DNA from: Octopus vulgaris
Lineage: Eukaryota
DNA length: 64,000 nt
Assembly: GCA_951406725.2 (NCBI GenBank)
Contig: OX597831.1
Location: 54,374,001 to 54,438,000, forward strand
Direction of reading: 5' to 3'
Each line of letters opens with the position of its first letter. The first letter of the stretch is position 1. The notes beneath the pieces were generated by a model. That model searched no databases and was not told the origin of the DNA. It saw only the letters and a program-made list of their open reading frames with translations. The position numbers and the translations under genes were made by a program. This document shows, piece after piece, positions 25,627 through 39,499 of the stretch.

Positions 25627-25913
25627 GGTGGCAATGACAATGATAATGGCAATGAGGACGGCAATGATCACGCTGACAGCGATGATCATGATGGTAATGA
25701 TCACAGCAATGATCACGATGACGGCAATGATGATGATGATGACGGCAATGATCACAATGAGATGATGATGGCAATGATTACGATGATGACGACGGCAATG
25801 ATCATGATGATGATGGCAGCAATGATCACGATGATGATGATGGCAGCAATGATCACGATGATGATGACGGCAATGATCACGATGATGATGATGGCAATGA
25901 CTATGATGATGAT
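25627..25913. repeat. Degenerate (GAT)n-derived minisatellite at a SINE tail
   Basis: Repeating GGCAATGATCACGATGATGAT units directly after the 3' end of the (GAT)n-tailed family. Confidence 0.85.
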
Positions 25914-26044
25914 ACAAAAGTATCTTCATACGTTTTTCACTTACAAAAATTTTTTGAAATAGATACAAAGACACCTGTACTAAAATTTATACTATTTACT
26001 AATTTCTGTGAAGAAAAAGAAAGAAATTCTGTGGTTTCACTTAC

Positions 26045-26137
26045 ATCAGCAGGTATCATCAATTGTACTTGATTATCACCTACACTTTTCAGACATACAT
26101 TATTGGAGTCATCTGCTGGTTTGATACGACAGTAGAC
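26045..26137 (-). CDS. KIF23: KIF23 exon 3 (VYCRIKPADDSNNVCLKSVGDNQVQLMIPAD)
   Basis: Acceptor ttccacag, donor gtaagt; 93 nt; VYCR[IV]xP start of the kinesin motor. Confidence 0.93.
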
Positions 26138-28669
26138 CTGTGGAAATATTTAACATTTACAAAATTTATCAACATGTTTACATTGAGATATTTATATAAA
26201 TTTCAATTAGGTTATTTATCTCTTTTTTAACCCCTCATAAAATCACATATATCACAGAGTGGTCCTAATCTCCTGTATCAAAAACATAGGAATTGGAAGA
26301 AATTTAGGAAAAAAGAGATGGGGTGCAAATGTCACCTTGGATATGCTAGAAACAATAGGTAAATGATAGGATTTCTGGGAAAACTTCCTTTTAAGTTTAT
26401 ATTGAAGATCAGGTTTTTAAATACTCTCATCACAAACAAATTACCGAACAGAAAAAGATCATTTCAATTGGATCTGAGCTGTAATTTCGTGTGTACACAC
26501 AGCAAGAAAGGCCATAATTCATACAGAAGTTTTACCTAGAGAGAGAGAGAGCAAGCGTGCATGCGTGTATGCCAAAGGAAGTTATCTTATGGCATTCTTT
26601 TGTTTGAAGCAGCAAAGTTGTCAACTCGATCATATGATTTTTCATTAATTTCTGTAAAGATTTTTTATTTCTTTATACTTTGAAGAGAGCAGAAATTGAA
26701 AGAAAGTGAAAAGGTGACATTTGCTTTGAAGTGAGAGTAGAAGGTGAAAAAGAGGAGAAAAGGAACGATGTATGTTGAAACAAGTCAATTACAAAAACAA
26801 AACTGTAAACAAAATATTTAACAGCAGGCATGGCCATGTGATCAAAAAGTTTGCTTCCAAGCCACATGGTTTCAAGTTCACACTCACTGCACAGCACCTT
26901 CAGCAAGTATCTTCATTGATAGACCTGTGCCAGTCAAAGCCTTGTGAGTAGATTTTGTAGATGGAAACTGAAAAAAAATGTCCATCATGTTTGTGTATGT
27001 TTGTGTCTCCTTGTCATGGCATTGCATGATTGTAAATGAAGGTCATTCATTTCCAATATTCTGCAAAAATATGCTTGACCATGGAGAAATATTACCTTGC
27101 TTGGAAACATGTAAGGAATGGTGACACGAAGGGCAGCCAGCTGTACCAAATCGCAATATACTCCATCCGACCCATGTAAGTATGGAAGAGTAACACATTA
27201 AAACAACAACAACGATGATAATGATGAATGAAATAAGTTCAAGTGTTAAGCTTTCAACAACTTAAATATGAAACAAAATCCAAGAATTAAATGAAATCCT
27301 TAACATAATAATACAAATTCAAGTATTACCCTTCCAACAATGTTAAGTATGAAAAAAATAACAATCAAAATATTTAACAAAATGAAACAATGTTTTAAAA
27401 GAATGAAACAGGAATATAAAACAAATACAAGGATAAATAAAACAGGATAACTGACATTAAATGATTTACAAGTGGGACCCACTTGTAAGCCATTAATTGT
27501 CAGTTATCTGAAAAGAAATGCTGTCTTGTTTTTTCCATGGTAGAACTGACAGGAAATTAAATATGAAAGTGGATGATAGCCACTTGTGTTCAATGCATGA
27601 CTGTGTGATAAGTCTGCTTCCCAACCACATGATCTCAAGTTCAGTCCCACTGAGTGACACCATGGGCTAGTGTCTTCTATTATAGATCTAAGTTGACCAA
27701 AGCCTTGCAAGAGGATTTGCTAGATGGAAACTAAAAGTCTGTGTGTTTGTGTGTGTATACATATATATTATCATCATCATCGTTTAATGTCCACTTTCCA
27801 TGCTGGCATGGGTTGAACAATTTGACTGAGAACTGGTGAGCCAGGAGGCTGCACCAGGCTCCAATCTGATCCAGCAAGGCCTCTACAGCTGAATGCTCTT
27901 TCTAATGCCAACTACTCCGAGAGTGTAGTGGGTGCTTTTTACGCATGGGGGCTAGTCAGGTGGCACTGGCATCGACCATGCTCGAATGGTGCTTTTTATG
28001 TGCTACCAGCATGGGAACCAGTCAAGTGGCACTAGCATCGACCACACTCAAATGATGCTTTTTACGTGCCACCATCACTAGCATTAACCACACTCAAATG
28101 GTGCTTTTTACAAGCATGAAAAAGTAGATGTTAAAAATGATGAACAAAATCTACTTAATTTACCATCTCACCAAGCCTTCTTACCCAAGGCCCCAATCCT
28201 CTGCCACCTCCTCTCTTCTTACATTTACTCTGACAAATACAGACTTGCAAACATTGAATCTAAACATCAGGCCTAAGAATATTGCCTGTCTTCCTTAAAC
28301 CAGCAGAGATTATTAACACGGACTCTCTTAAATTTGCAGAGGCTATAAACATTACTACCCTTCATTAAAGCTTTAGCATTCAGAAATTACTTTGTCAAAT
28401 GCTATAAGTATTTATTCATTGTTTTGAAATAACCATGTATTATCTTGGAGCTTTGAAATTTCAATGACATTGTATATTTTTAGAATGACATTGTTGGGTA
28501 GATATGAAAGCCAGATCTGGCCAGTTTGGACATAAAACAGGTAGGTGTCTTACTAAATATAGATATAACCGCATATTATCCATATCTAAATTCTACCTAT
28601 TCCCGTAGTACTTATTGATAATGGGATATATACAGCAACTGAGAGATAAGTATCTACCTTAGACTCAAC

Positions 28670-29060
28670 TCAGAAGAGACCCACACTGGAGTACTACTCC
28701 TCCCATATCTGGAACAGTGCTACTACTACTTACAAATATCCAAAAACCACATCCAAATTAAGGCCACTCAACTGATTGGTATTAAATCACACCAACCTCT
28801 GACCTACAGATGTACTGTCTCCTTTCACTCTGCTTTCTCTACTCCTACTAGTGTAGCCCCTACTCATCAGAGATAGCTGATCTCATGCTGTGTCCACTCA
28901 GTCACTCTCAACTCACTCGTTCCTCCTCCTCCTCTTGTTACCCAGTGTCCACCTCCAACTTACACTCTGCAATAACCACTAGATTCAATTCTTCCTTCCT
29001 AAAAATGCAATCTTTCTGGAAATCACTTCCTGCACATATTTTCCCTGCAAAAGTTCAAGT
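28670..29060 (+). mobile_element. Decayed non-LTR retrotransposon 3' fragment
   Basis: RPTLEYYSSHIWNSA resembles the post-RT RPxxEYxSxxW motif of CR1/Jockey-group LINEs; frameshifted. Confidence 0.5.
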
Positions 29061-29863
29061 AGAACACTGACAGTATCAGTCTCAACAGTAGTGAAGGGCC
29101 TATAAAATCCATGAGCAGAGGTTCTTCATCCAGCGCAAAACTTAAAAAGAAGGGGGGAAAAAAAGTGCAGCATGTCACCCCACCCTGCCCTTTGATCAGT
29201 TTATCTCAACTGAAATTATTGGGTTTTTCTTCAGATATATTACTCTTTTTTTTTAAAAGAAAAATAAGAACCCCACCACCCAGATTACTTTAAGCCCCAC
29301 AACTTCTGCTGAGCTCTCCCAATGGCCAAAGTTATATAGAATTACCAAAGTCATTTCTCCAAAAACTAACTTTTCTTTTATCTCCTCCAATTAGAATTTA
29401 AACAATAAAACTTTAAACGGAGGTTTAATTATTCATTAAACTCCAAGGATCATAATTTAATCCCATCAATTTAAAAATTATTGTGCGTCTGGTGGGTATT
29501 CCAACTTTACAATGAGAGTTATATAAAGCAAAAAAGGTTCCCTGGCACTGACAGATCAGCAAAATTTAACCCTTTAGCATTCAGATTATTGTCTAATGCA
29601 ATGCTTATTTATTCACATTGTTTTGAATTAATCATCTTGTAGCTTTGAAATTTCAATGATGTGATTATTTTTAGTACGACACCATAAGGTAGGTGTGAGA
29701 GGCTGAATATGGTTAGTCTATACATAAAACAGGCTTAATGTTTGGGCTAGATATGGTTGGTTTAAATGAACAGTGTGTGAACCAAGCAAAACAACAAATT
29801 CTGTCATCACCACAACATATTATGCAGAATAAGAAAATAAAATGAAATTCATAAAAACTTTAC

Positions 29864-29927
29864 CTCCACAGGTTCTATAACAGATGTTCCAGTAAATGCA
29901 AATTTCTTCCTTGGGGTTTTCCCCCTC
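29864..29927 (-). CDS. KIF23: KIF23 exon 2 (QRGKTPRKKFAFTGTSVIEPVE)
   Basis: Acceptor ttctttttcag, donor gtaaag; 64 nt; KTPRK motif and EPVE leading into the motor domain. Confidence 0.9.
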
Positions 29928-29951
29928 CTGAAAAAGAAAAAAATACATTAA

Positions 29952-30172
29952 CCCTTTTGTCACTGTATTTATTTTGAGATGCTCTGTGTTTCTTTCAATT
30001 AATTTAAATATAACAAAAGAATTTAGTAAAATAACTTAGTTATCATTCAGCTAGTGTTAGGAACATAAATTGTGACTAAGGTTTGGTGGAAGATTTTAAT
30101 TCAAAATTTATGAAAACAAGACATTTGTACTCAGAGCCAGAGCCGGTTTCAGCCAGGTTGGTATCGAAAGGG
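29952..30172. mobile_element. piggyBac-like MITE (second family) next to the exon 2 acceptor
   Basis: TTAA|CCCTTTTGTCAC ... GTATCGAAAGGG|TTAA. Confidence 0.75.
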
Positions 30173-33100
30173 TTAACTGGTAAGGCAGTCATATGAAGAA
30201 TTCAAATTATTTGTATCACCTCAATATAACTGCCAACTTTTACCCTTTACCATTCAGATTATTGTGTTAAATGTAATGCTTATTTATTCACCCATGCCAG
30301 CATGGAAAGCAGACATATGATGATGATATTTTGAATTAATTATGCTTCATCATGTAATTTCAAGATTTTGATGATGTTGTAGTTTATTTTTAGAATGACA
30401 GTGTGTCCTTCAGATGCCAGTGCCACTTAGAAAGCACTCATGCCAGTGCTGCATTAACATGTCCAGGTCAGTGCCACATAAAAAGTACTCAGCACATTCT
30501 GTTAAGAGGTTGGCATTAGGAAGGGCATCCAGCCATAGAAACCATTCCACAACAGACAGCTGGAGTGCAAACAGCTCCCTGCTTGCCAGTTCCATGTCAA
30601 ACCATCCAACCCATACCAGCCTAGCGAGAGGGCATTAAGCAATGATGGCAATGACGATGATTGTATTGTGCTAAAGGCTAAATCCAGCTGATTTGAACAT
30701 AAAACAGGCAAAATATTTGGGCCAGATATGGCCAGTTTAAATGCTAAAGGGATGATACTGGACTGTTTGCTTTCCACACAATTTAACTATCTTTCTTTTT
30801 TAAGATAATATGGATGTAAAGGGTATGTGGTTTTGAAGCAAATATTTGTACAAAGAGTAAGCGTCATCATTAGCCTCATTTTTATATACAAGTACAGACA
30901 TGGTAGTTTAAGAAACTTGCTTCACAACCATATGATCACAGGTTCAGTTCTACTGCACAGCACCTTGGACAAGTGTCTTCTACACTTCTACTATAGACTC
31001 GGACTGACCAAAGCCTTGTGAGTGAATTTGGTAAATGGGAACTGAAAGAAGCCTGTTATATGTGTGTGCATGTGTGTGTGTACACACCCTTATCTTGATA
31101 TCATGTGATAGTCATAAATAAGCATCACCATCTTACGAGTACTATTGTTCATTTCCAGTCTTCTGTGATAAATATGTTTGGCTTTGGGCAAATATTACTT
31201 TGCTTGGAAACAGATACAGGTTGGTGACAGGAAGGGCACCTGGCCATATAAAAATTTGCCTCAACAAATCCCATCTAACCCATGCAAGCATGAAAAAGTG
31301 GACATTAAGTTATAATAATTAAGTTTTATATACAGGATTAAGTTAATTAGGTTCCTTTCAACATAACATTTCTACTAGCAACCATTCTTCATCTTAGTTG
31401 TGAGAATCAGCATCCTGGAAGCAGGGATCAGACTGTACCACATCTTGTCTTCTTTGATCTATTTTTCACTCAACCATTATTGTTTATACACATCATATGT
31501 CCATTATAGTGCAATCTTTTCCCCTACCCAAACAGCTGATATCTCTAAAAGTTCAGTTTTTTTCCCCCTCTCAGCATATCCTTCATATTTAGAGCCCATG
31601 TCTCACTATCATGCACTACTGCACTTCATACAATCTAACTTCATTTGACGAGAGAAGCCCTTTGTTTCCAAGAGGTAATAGCTACTGTTCTTTTGTAACA
31701 TTTACTTCTCATGGTGAGTCATAACAAAATAAAAATTACAACTTGCAGTTGAGTAGGTGAGGTGGGAGAGAATGAGAGAGAGAGACACCAAAGTAAGACA
31801 AAGAAATATCTATTACACCAGAACATAATACAGTTCTGAAATAGGATTTCAACCAATCACTCAAAAACAAAGTGTAATGTAGCCCAACTCCCTTTTGACC
31901 AGTAACACTTGGAACTAATCACTTAAATATACACACCTTCCCAGCTTCACAATATTTGCATGTATTAATGAGGTCTCTCATTAACTCCACTATCCCAAAG
32001 GAATTGTCATATCTTCAACTGTCTCTTTAATGATTTGCTATCTGCAAAACAACTATTTGAATTACACTATTGTGTGTGTTTCTTTTACTTCTTTCAGTCA
32101 TTGGAATGTGGCCATGCTGGAGTACTGCCTTGAAGGATTTTCCCTTCTTTTCACTTTTTAGTCCAAACAATCAGCCCCGGTACTTATTCTATCAGTTTCT
32201 TTTGCCAAACTGCTAAGTCACAGAGACGTAAACAAACCAACACCAGTTGTCAAGCAGTGGTGGGAGGACAACAACCGCAAGGGAACATGTATACACACAC
32301 AAAATGGGTTTCTTCCAGTTTCCGTCTATCTATTCACTCACAAAGCTTTGCTTGGCTCAGGGCTATAGCAGAAGACACTTGCCTGAGGTGTCACACAGTG
32401 CGACTGAACCCAGAGTCAGGTGGGTGAGAAGCAAATATCTTATCACACAGCCACACTTGCACCAAATATCATAAGCAACCTTTTGCTAAAAAAATCCACC
32501 TCATTTTGAAACTTCTAAAATGCTTACCACTTCAACTGAAATTCCATATTAACTAGCATAGTTAACCAACTGAATAGTCCTTAATGTTTGAGGTGTGACC
32601 ATTAAGTTGCATGAATCTAACTTCAAAACTGAAGTGTGTCAGCTTAGGTTTATGAACATCCTGTACGTTAAACAATGAAGCTTTTCATGGCCATATTTCT
32701 GATGAAATATTCTATCCATGTTTTACAAGGAATTTGAAGAGATTTAGTAGAATTAACTTTCACATCATTAAAATGTTTGGAAAGTAAAGAGTTCTTACAT
32801 AAAATAAGAACAGGCTTATAATAAAACATTAACACTTCAATACAATAAGTTTTAAGCCATGAAACCAGACAAGTTGATATCAAAGTAGTATGTTCAGCTG
32901 TGCTCATTCCTTCATTATCTCCTTCGTGAAGCTTAGTGTCTCGGGATTGGCCTTCAGTACTTCATTCCAGGTCTTCCTGGCTCCCCCTCTTCCACGAGTT
33001 CCATTCACCAATCACTGATCTTGTTTAATGTCCAAAACTATTACAGCACCAAGTTGAAGTCGCCATTTCAAAAGAAATTTAAATTACAACCAAAATTATC

Positions 33101-33220
33101 TGCATAAACATCAAGATTTCTTATTCCTTTCTCTTAATTAAACAGCACAGGCATGGCAAGGGGTAGACATGGCTTATGTTTAAGAAGCTGTGTGGTAAGA
33201 ATATGCATATATGTATATGT

Positions 33221-33600
33221 GGAGGCGCAATGGCCCAGTGGTTAGGGCAACGGACTCGCGGTCATAGGATCGCGGTTTCGATTCCCAGACCGGGCGTTGT
33301 GAGTGTTTATTGAGCGAAAACACCTAAAAGCTCCACGAGGCTCCGGCAGTGATGGTTGTGATCCCTGCTGTACTCTTTCACCACAACTTTCTCTCACTCT
33401 TACTTCCTGTTTCTGTTGTACCTGTATTTCAAAGGGCCGGCCTTGTCACTCTCTGTGTTACGCTGAATATCCCCGAGAACTACGTTAAGGGTACACGTGT
33501 CTGTGGAGTGCTCAGCCACTTACACGTTAATTTCACGAGCAGGCTGTTCCGTTGATCGGATCAACCGGAACCCTCGTCGTCATAACCGACGGAGTGCTTC
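33221..33600 (+). mobile_element. Young CpG-rich tRNA-derived SINE (separate family)
   Basis: Head GGAGGCGCAATGGCCCAGTGGTTAGGGC...GGTTTCGATTCCC followed by a non-tRNA body and a (CATC)n tail. Confidence 0.8.
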
Positions 33601-33819
33601 CATCCATCCATATGTCTATGTCTGTGCTTGTCCCACTTGACAACTGGTGGAGGTATGTTTACATCCCTGTAACTTAAAGCAGTTTGGCAAAAGAGACTGA
33701 TAGAATAAGTGCCAGGTTTTAAAAAATAAATACTAGGGTCAATACATTCGACTAAAATCTCTAGGCAGTGCCCCAGCATGGTCGCAGTCTAATGAGTGAA
33801 ACAAGTGTATGTATGTATG

Positions 33820-33859
<40 letters not shown>

Positions 33860-36800
33860 ACATGCATCTGTGTTTGTCTCCCACCACTGCTCACAACCAA
33901 TGTTGGTTTGTTTACATCCCTGGCCATTAGCAGTTCAGCAAAATAGACCAATAGAACAAGTACCAGACTTTAAAAAATAAGTGCTGGGATCAATTTATTT
34001 GACTAAACCCTTCAAGGCAGTGCCCCAGCATGACTGCAGTCCAATGACTGAAACATGTAAAAGATAAAAGGATGATACAAGCCATTTAAGCACAGAATGA
34101 GAGGTAGTAGAAACACGTACGATACTGATAGTTTATCATTATAGCATCATCATCATCCTTTAACAGCCATTTACCATGTTGGCATGGGCTGGACGGTTTC
34201 AGAGCTGGGAAGCAGGAGAGCTGCACCAGGTTCCACTGTGATTTGGCTTGGTTTCTATGGTTAGTTGTCTTTTCTAATTAATGCCAGCCTCTTTTACAGT
34301 GTGCGTTGGGTACTTTTAACATGGCACTAGCATGGGTGCTTTTACACAATGCCGGTACAGGGCTCAAGTCATAGGTATGGCTATGTGGTTAAGAAAATAG
34401 GATTTATTCCATGTGACTGTTTCCAAGTCACATGGATTCTGGTTCAGTCCCATTGCAAGGCACCTCAGGCAATTGTCTTTTACTGTAGCACTAGAACAAC
34501 CAAAGCCTTGATAGTGGATCTGGAAGAGCCACTGTGTGTGTGCACGTGTTTGTCTCCTTGTCATGACATGGGTTGATAGCTGTAATTGAGTGTTACTGTC
34601 ATATAAGCAGTGTCTTTCATTTCCAATATTCTGTGAAAACATTTCTGGTCACGGGAAACTATTTACCTTGATTGCAAACAAGTGAGGGTTGGCAACAGAA
34701 ACGGCATGCAGCAAGAGAAAATCAACCTCAATAAATTCCAGCTGACACATGCTAGCATATTAAAATGATTATATATAGACAGATATAATATACATTTTCA
34801 TCATCATTTAACATCCATTTTCTATGCTGGCATGGGTTGGATGGTTTGGCTAGAGCTAGAACACTAAAGAAGCTGCACCAGGTTTCAGACGTATTCCAGC
34901 TTGGTTTCTACAACTGGATGCCCTTCTTAATGCCAATTACTTTACAGAGTATACTGAGTGCTTTTTACATGGCACCAGCACAACTGCTTTTTGTGCAGCA
35001 CCAGCACTAACAGAATCACAGAGGAACTGGCAAGACAAAAACCCCTACAGCTGAGAGGAGAGTATTAATAAAGGTAGTTTAGGATATCAATTCTGCTGTG
35101 ATGGGTGGGTCTTCTTGAGTACAGTAAGATGCTTTTGTTGTCTCCTTCATAAAGCCTAGTGTCGAGATCAGCCATCAGTACTTCATCCCATATCTTCCTG
35201 GGACTCCCTGTTTGGATGCAGAGTAATCAGTTAAGGTCCATGTTCTGTGCAAACATTGGTTGGACAATCTGACAGGAGCCAGTAGGCCAGAAGACTATGC
35301 CCAGCTCTATTGACTTTCAGTTTAGTATTAATAGCTGGATGTCCTTCCTATCACCAACAACTTTACAGTATGGACCTGGTGCTTTTTTTGTGCCACCTGC
35401 ACTACTGAGATTGCTATGCAGCTCACAGGACTATGAATCCAGGTAGGGAAGGGAGGACAGTTAAGAAATGAGAGGATTACTATGACGAGGGACTTGGAGA
35501 GGGATCTGCATGACTACTCACATCTAGTAGGAAAAAGGGAAAATGAACAGTTGGAGTTGCAAGAGATAGTAATGGGTGGGTTAGTGGGCTTGTTTGTAAT
35601 GGGCGGGTCAGTACAGTTTGCAAGACTGTGAGGTGGGGCATGGGCTGGGGCTGACTGCCAAAATGGGTAGGATTGATGGTTGGATGAACAGAACAATGAG
35701 CAGGGCTGGATAGTGGGATGCAGAAGACAGAAGGAGGTGAAATGGCAAGAGTAATAAGATGATACAGATGCCAGTACAAGAGAGGGGGATGATTTGGTTG
35801 GGTTGTCTGAGAGGAAGGAAGGCAGCAAGTATAATGCATGAGAAGGTGGGAAGAAAGACATTGTAACATGGATGGAAAGCGCAACATGGTTGCCTTCCAG
35901 GCTAATGGGAAAATGGAAATCCTAGGTTATGTAGAGCAGGGGAAAAAAATTCACTGCACAGTACTTTCCACATAGCTCTGGGCTGATGAATACCTTGAGT
36001 GAATTTGGTAGACAGAAACTGTGTAGAAGTCTGTCATGTGTATTTGCATGTGCCTGTGTTAGTCACTCCTCACCACTACTAAACAACTAATGTTTTGCTG
36101 TATGTCCCTATAACCTCTAAGGTTGAGTAAAGAAACCACTATAGCTCTGTACTGACTAATGCCTTGAATGAATTTGGTAGGCAGAAACTGTGTTAAAGGT
36201 GGCGAGCTGGTAGAAATGTTAGCAAGCCGGGCGAAATGCTTAGTGGTATTTCGTCTGCCACTACATTCCGAGTTCAAATTCCGCCAAGGTCGACTTTGCC
36301 TTTCATCCTTTTAGGGTCGATTTAATAAGTATCAGTTACGCACTGGGGTCGATATAATCAACTTAATCCATTTGTCCTTGTTTGTCCCCTCTGAGTGTAG
36401 CCCCTAGTGGGCAGTAAAGAAATAAGAAACTGTGTGGAAGTCCATCATGTGTGTGTGCGTGTCAGTCACTCCCTCACCAACTCAACAACTGATGCTTTGT
36501 TTGTTTATGTTCCTGTAACTTAGAGGTTCAACAAAGAGATCAATAGAATACCAGACTTAAAACACACACACACACACACACACACACTGGGGCTGATTTG
36601 TTTAAAACTCTTCAAAGCAGTGTCCCAGCATAGCTGCAGTCCAATGACTGAAACAAATAAGAGGGTAAAAAATACTACACTGCTGCAGTGAGTATGATGA
36701 CCAGGATTATAGTTAATGGAATTAAGTTTGGAATATCAACTTAGTATTATTCCAAGGCAGCAAGCTGGCAGAATCATTAACATGTTGAGCAAAATGCTTA

Positions 36801-37645
36801 CTGGCATTTCATCTGTCTTTACATTCTGAGTTCAAATTCCAATGAAGTTAACTTTGCCTTTCATCTTTTCAGGGTCAATAAAATAAGTACCAGCCAAGTA
36901 CAGGGGGTCGATGTAATCAAATAGCCTCTCCACCAAAATTTCAAGCCTTGTCAACTATTCTATAAACTCCATAAAATTCAAAAAAAAAAAATATTGACTT
37001 TAAAACTTCAGGACCCAAACTGAGCACCATAGGAAATGCTCAACTATTTGCATTGAATCTACCAACTAAATGCATTTTGTAAACTCTCATATTTCTATAA
37101 TAATAATAATAACAATAATATATATATAAAACAACTTACAAATAAAAAATATATATTGCAGAGCGGAGACCCCCTTCGGTCATAACTGACCATGGGATTG
37201 CACCTAGAAAATTACCCTCCCAGGCACAAGTCCGGGCAAGGTTGTATATGGAAGGCCAGCAGTCGCCCATGCATACCGGCCACCCCTCACCATGCCACCA
37301 GTCTTATCCAAGGGAAAGGCAACAGCAGATACAGCTTGGCACCTGTGACGTCGCAACGCATTTCTACAGCTGAGTGAACTGGAGCAACGTGAAATAAAGT
37401 GTCTTGCTCAAGAACACAACACACAGCCCGGTCTGGGATTCAAACTTACAATCTCACGATCGTAAGCTCGATACTCTAACCACTGAGCTATGCACCTTCA
37501 CCAAAAAAAATATATATATATATACACACATACATAATCAAAATGAGGGTGAAAAATTGGATATTAATTTGATAACATCAATTTTAACACCAGTGGTCTA
37601 GCATATAAAAAAAACTGAGATTCAGTAAATAGTATTTCATACATA

Positions 37646-37880
37646 TATATAAGAGGGAATTTTTTTAACCACTATGTGGAAACCCTTTTGCTAGAAGATC
37701 TGCTATGGTCCCAACCACTAAGAATTGTTCTCCAGAAAATCTCGCACACCAGAAACATAAGCTTACATTTCTGGTGTGCTAAATTTTCCGGAGAACAATT
37801 CTTAGTGGTCGGGACCATAGCGGATCTTCTTCTTAGCAAAAGGGTTTCCACATAGTGGTTAAAAAAAATTCCCCCTTATA
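37646..37880. repeat. ~235-bp near-perfect palindrome
   Basis: Arms of ~115 bp centred on AAGCTT (37759-37764); AACCACTATGTGGAAACCCTTTTGCTA matches the reverse complement of TAGCAAAAGGGTTTCCACATAGTGGTT. Confidence 0.92.
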
Positions 37881-38324
37881 TTTATATATATATAACTCAT
37901 GCAAATAAATATAAATTTCAATCATGCTGTCAAAGGTCAGATATCAGAGGATGTGGCAGACAATGTATATTAAAAATTCACAAGAAACTTCAGCTTTCAG
38001 AGATACTGAGCAAGTCAGATTTAATAATATGCCTGCATAAAAAAAAATCAATAATCTGTCACTTTTCTTATCAGTCATAAAGCAAAGAAATATTTATCAT
38101 AACATAATCAAAATCCATCATGGTTTACTGAATTTCGGTCAAAAATAGGTTTTGAAATTAACTAAAATGTTCACAGCAACCATGTCTGTCATTTCAATCC
38201 CAAATTAAAATCACAAGTTTTAGGGAAAAAAACATTATTATTTATATCAAGACACGCTCTCTTTTCAAACTTGACACCTAACTAGTTTTGCTGTGAACAA
38301 GTGTGAAACAAGTTTTCTTTGCTG

Positions 38325-38358
<34 letters not shown>

Positions 38359-39499
38359 ATAACACACACAGATATGCGCTACATACAGGTGCTGCATAAT
38401 TAACAAGTTTACTTTGTAACTGTGTAGTTTCAGGTTCATTCCCACTGCATGACACCATGCACGGACAGACCAATACATTGCAAATGAAATTAGTAGGTGA
38501 AAACTGTATCCAGTTGTTGAGGAGTGGTCCATTCTGTGAAAGACTAGGGGAATAAGAACTTTAGTTAGACACAGGTGAAAATGGTCACAGTATGAAAAAA
38601 AAATCTGGTCACAGTATGGAAAAAGCAGGCATAAAAACAACGATCAGTTACACTGATATAAATAAGTCAATGGGGCAGTACTCCTAGCTTTTGCAGGCAC
38701 TCCCAGACTACAGTGAATAAATAATGGTACTGATGTTTGCATGAAAATGAAAACAGGGAGAAAATTCCAGAGAATTACACTGCTAAAGAACAAGAACTGG
38801 GAAAAGTGTTTATTGCGCAAGATCTTAGAAGAGGCAGAAGGATGAAACAGAATCAATGTGAACTAATTGTTACAATACCATTGATAAATGAATCTTTACT
38901 AACCAGTTAAATACCCTTCTTTTAGATGCAGTCTAAGATCTTAACACCAATAGCATCTAGAGATGGATGCTCGTTCATCAACATCATTTAGCTTCCATAT
39001 TCCATGCTGCCATGAGTTGGATGGTTTGACAGGATCCAACAGGTCAGAGAACTGTGTCAAGCTCCAATGTCAGTTTTAGCATAGTTTCTATAGCTAGATG
39101 CCCTTCCAAATACAAATACTCTACGGCAGATAAGTTTTTCAATATAAGCAGTACTTAAGCTTTGTAATAGCAACAACTAATGAAAAACTATTTCTAGAGG
39201 AATCCTGATCTCTATGTTGCAGCTTCAGCAAGGTTATATCTACAAGAGATGACCGTGGGGGACCAGAAATTGAAGTCTGATTACAGCAACTTGCCTCAAG
39301 AAGATGATAAAATATTGTTTCCATACATGTAGTAATTGTGCTTGTTGGAAAAGAAGTTTCCATGCTAAACATTTTAGAAGACTCTCTTCATGTCAAGTGC
39401 AATAACATTGTTTTTGATTAAGTTCTCAATGACAAGAGTCAACTAATGAATGAGAAACGAAAGCAAATCTCTGGTAAATCAGGTTCTACAGAAACCCTT

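Noticed and set aside
25453-25974. Long ORFs (169, 132 and 86 aa) rich in Met, His or Asp
   Set aside because: They are translations of the (GAT)n-derived minisatellite and adjacent SINE, inside a KIF23 intron.
27930-28110. Regularly spaced repeats superficially like a CRISPR array
   Set aside because: The intervening sequences resemble each other, the units lie inside a eukaryotic retroelement, and no cas genes are present.
33221-33295. tRNA-like sequence as a functional tRNA gene
   Set aside because: It runs into a SINE body and tail, with no proper acceptor stem or terminator; the same applies to the other SINE heads.
35480-35890. 135-aa and 115-aa Pro/Ser/Leu-rich ORFs
   Set aside because: They arise from a purine-rich low-complexity tract, probably an old repeat, with no recognisable domain or splice framework.
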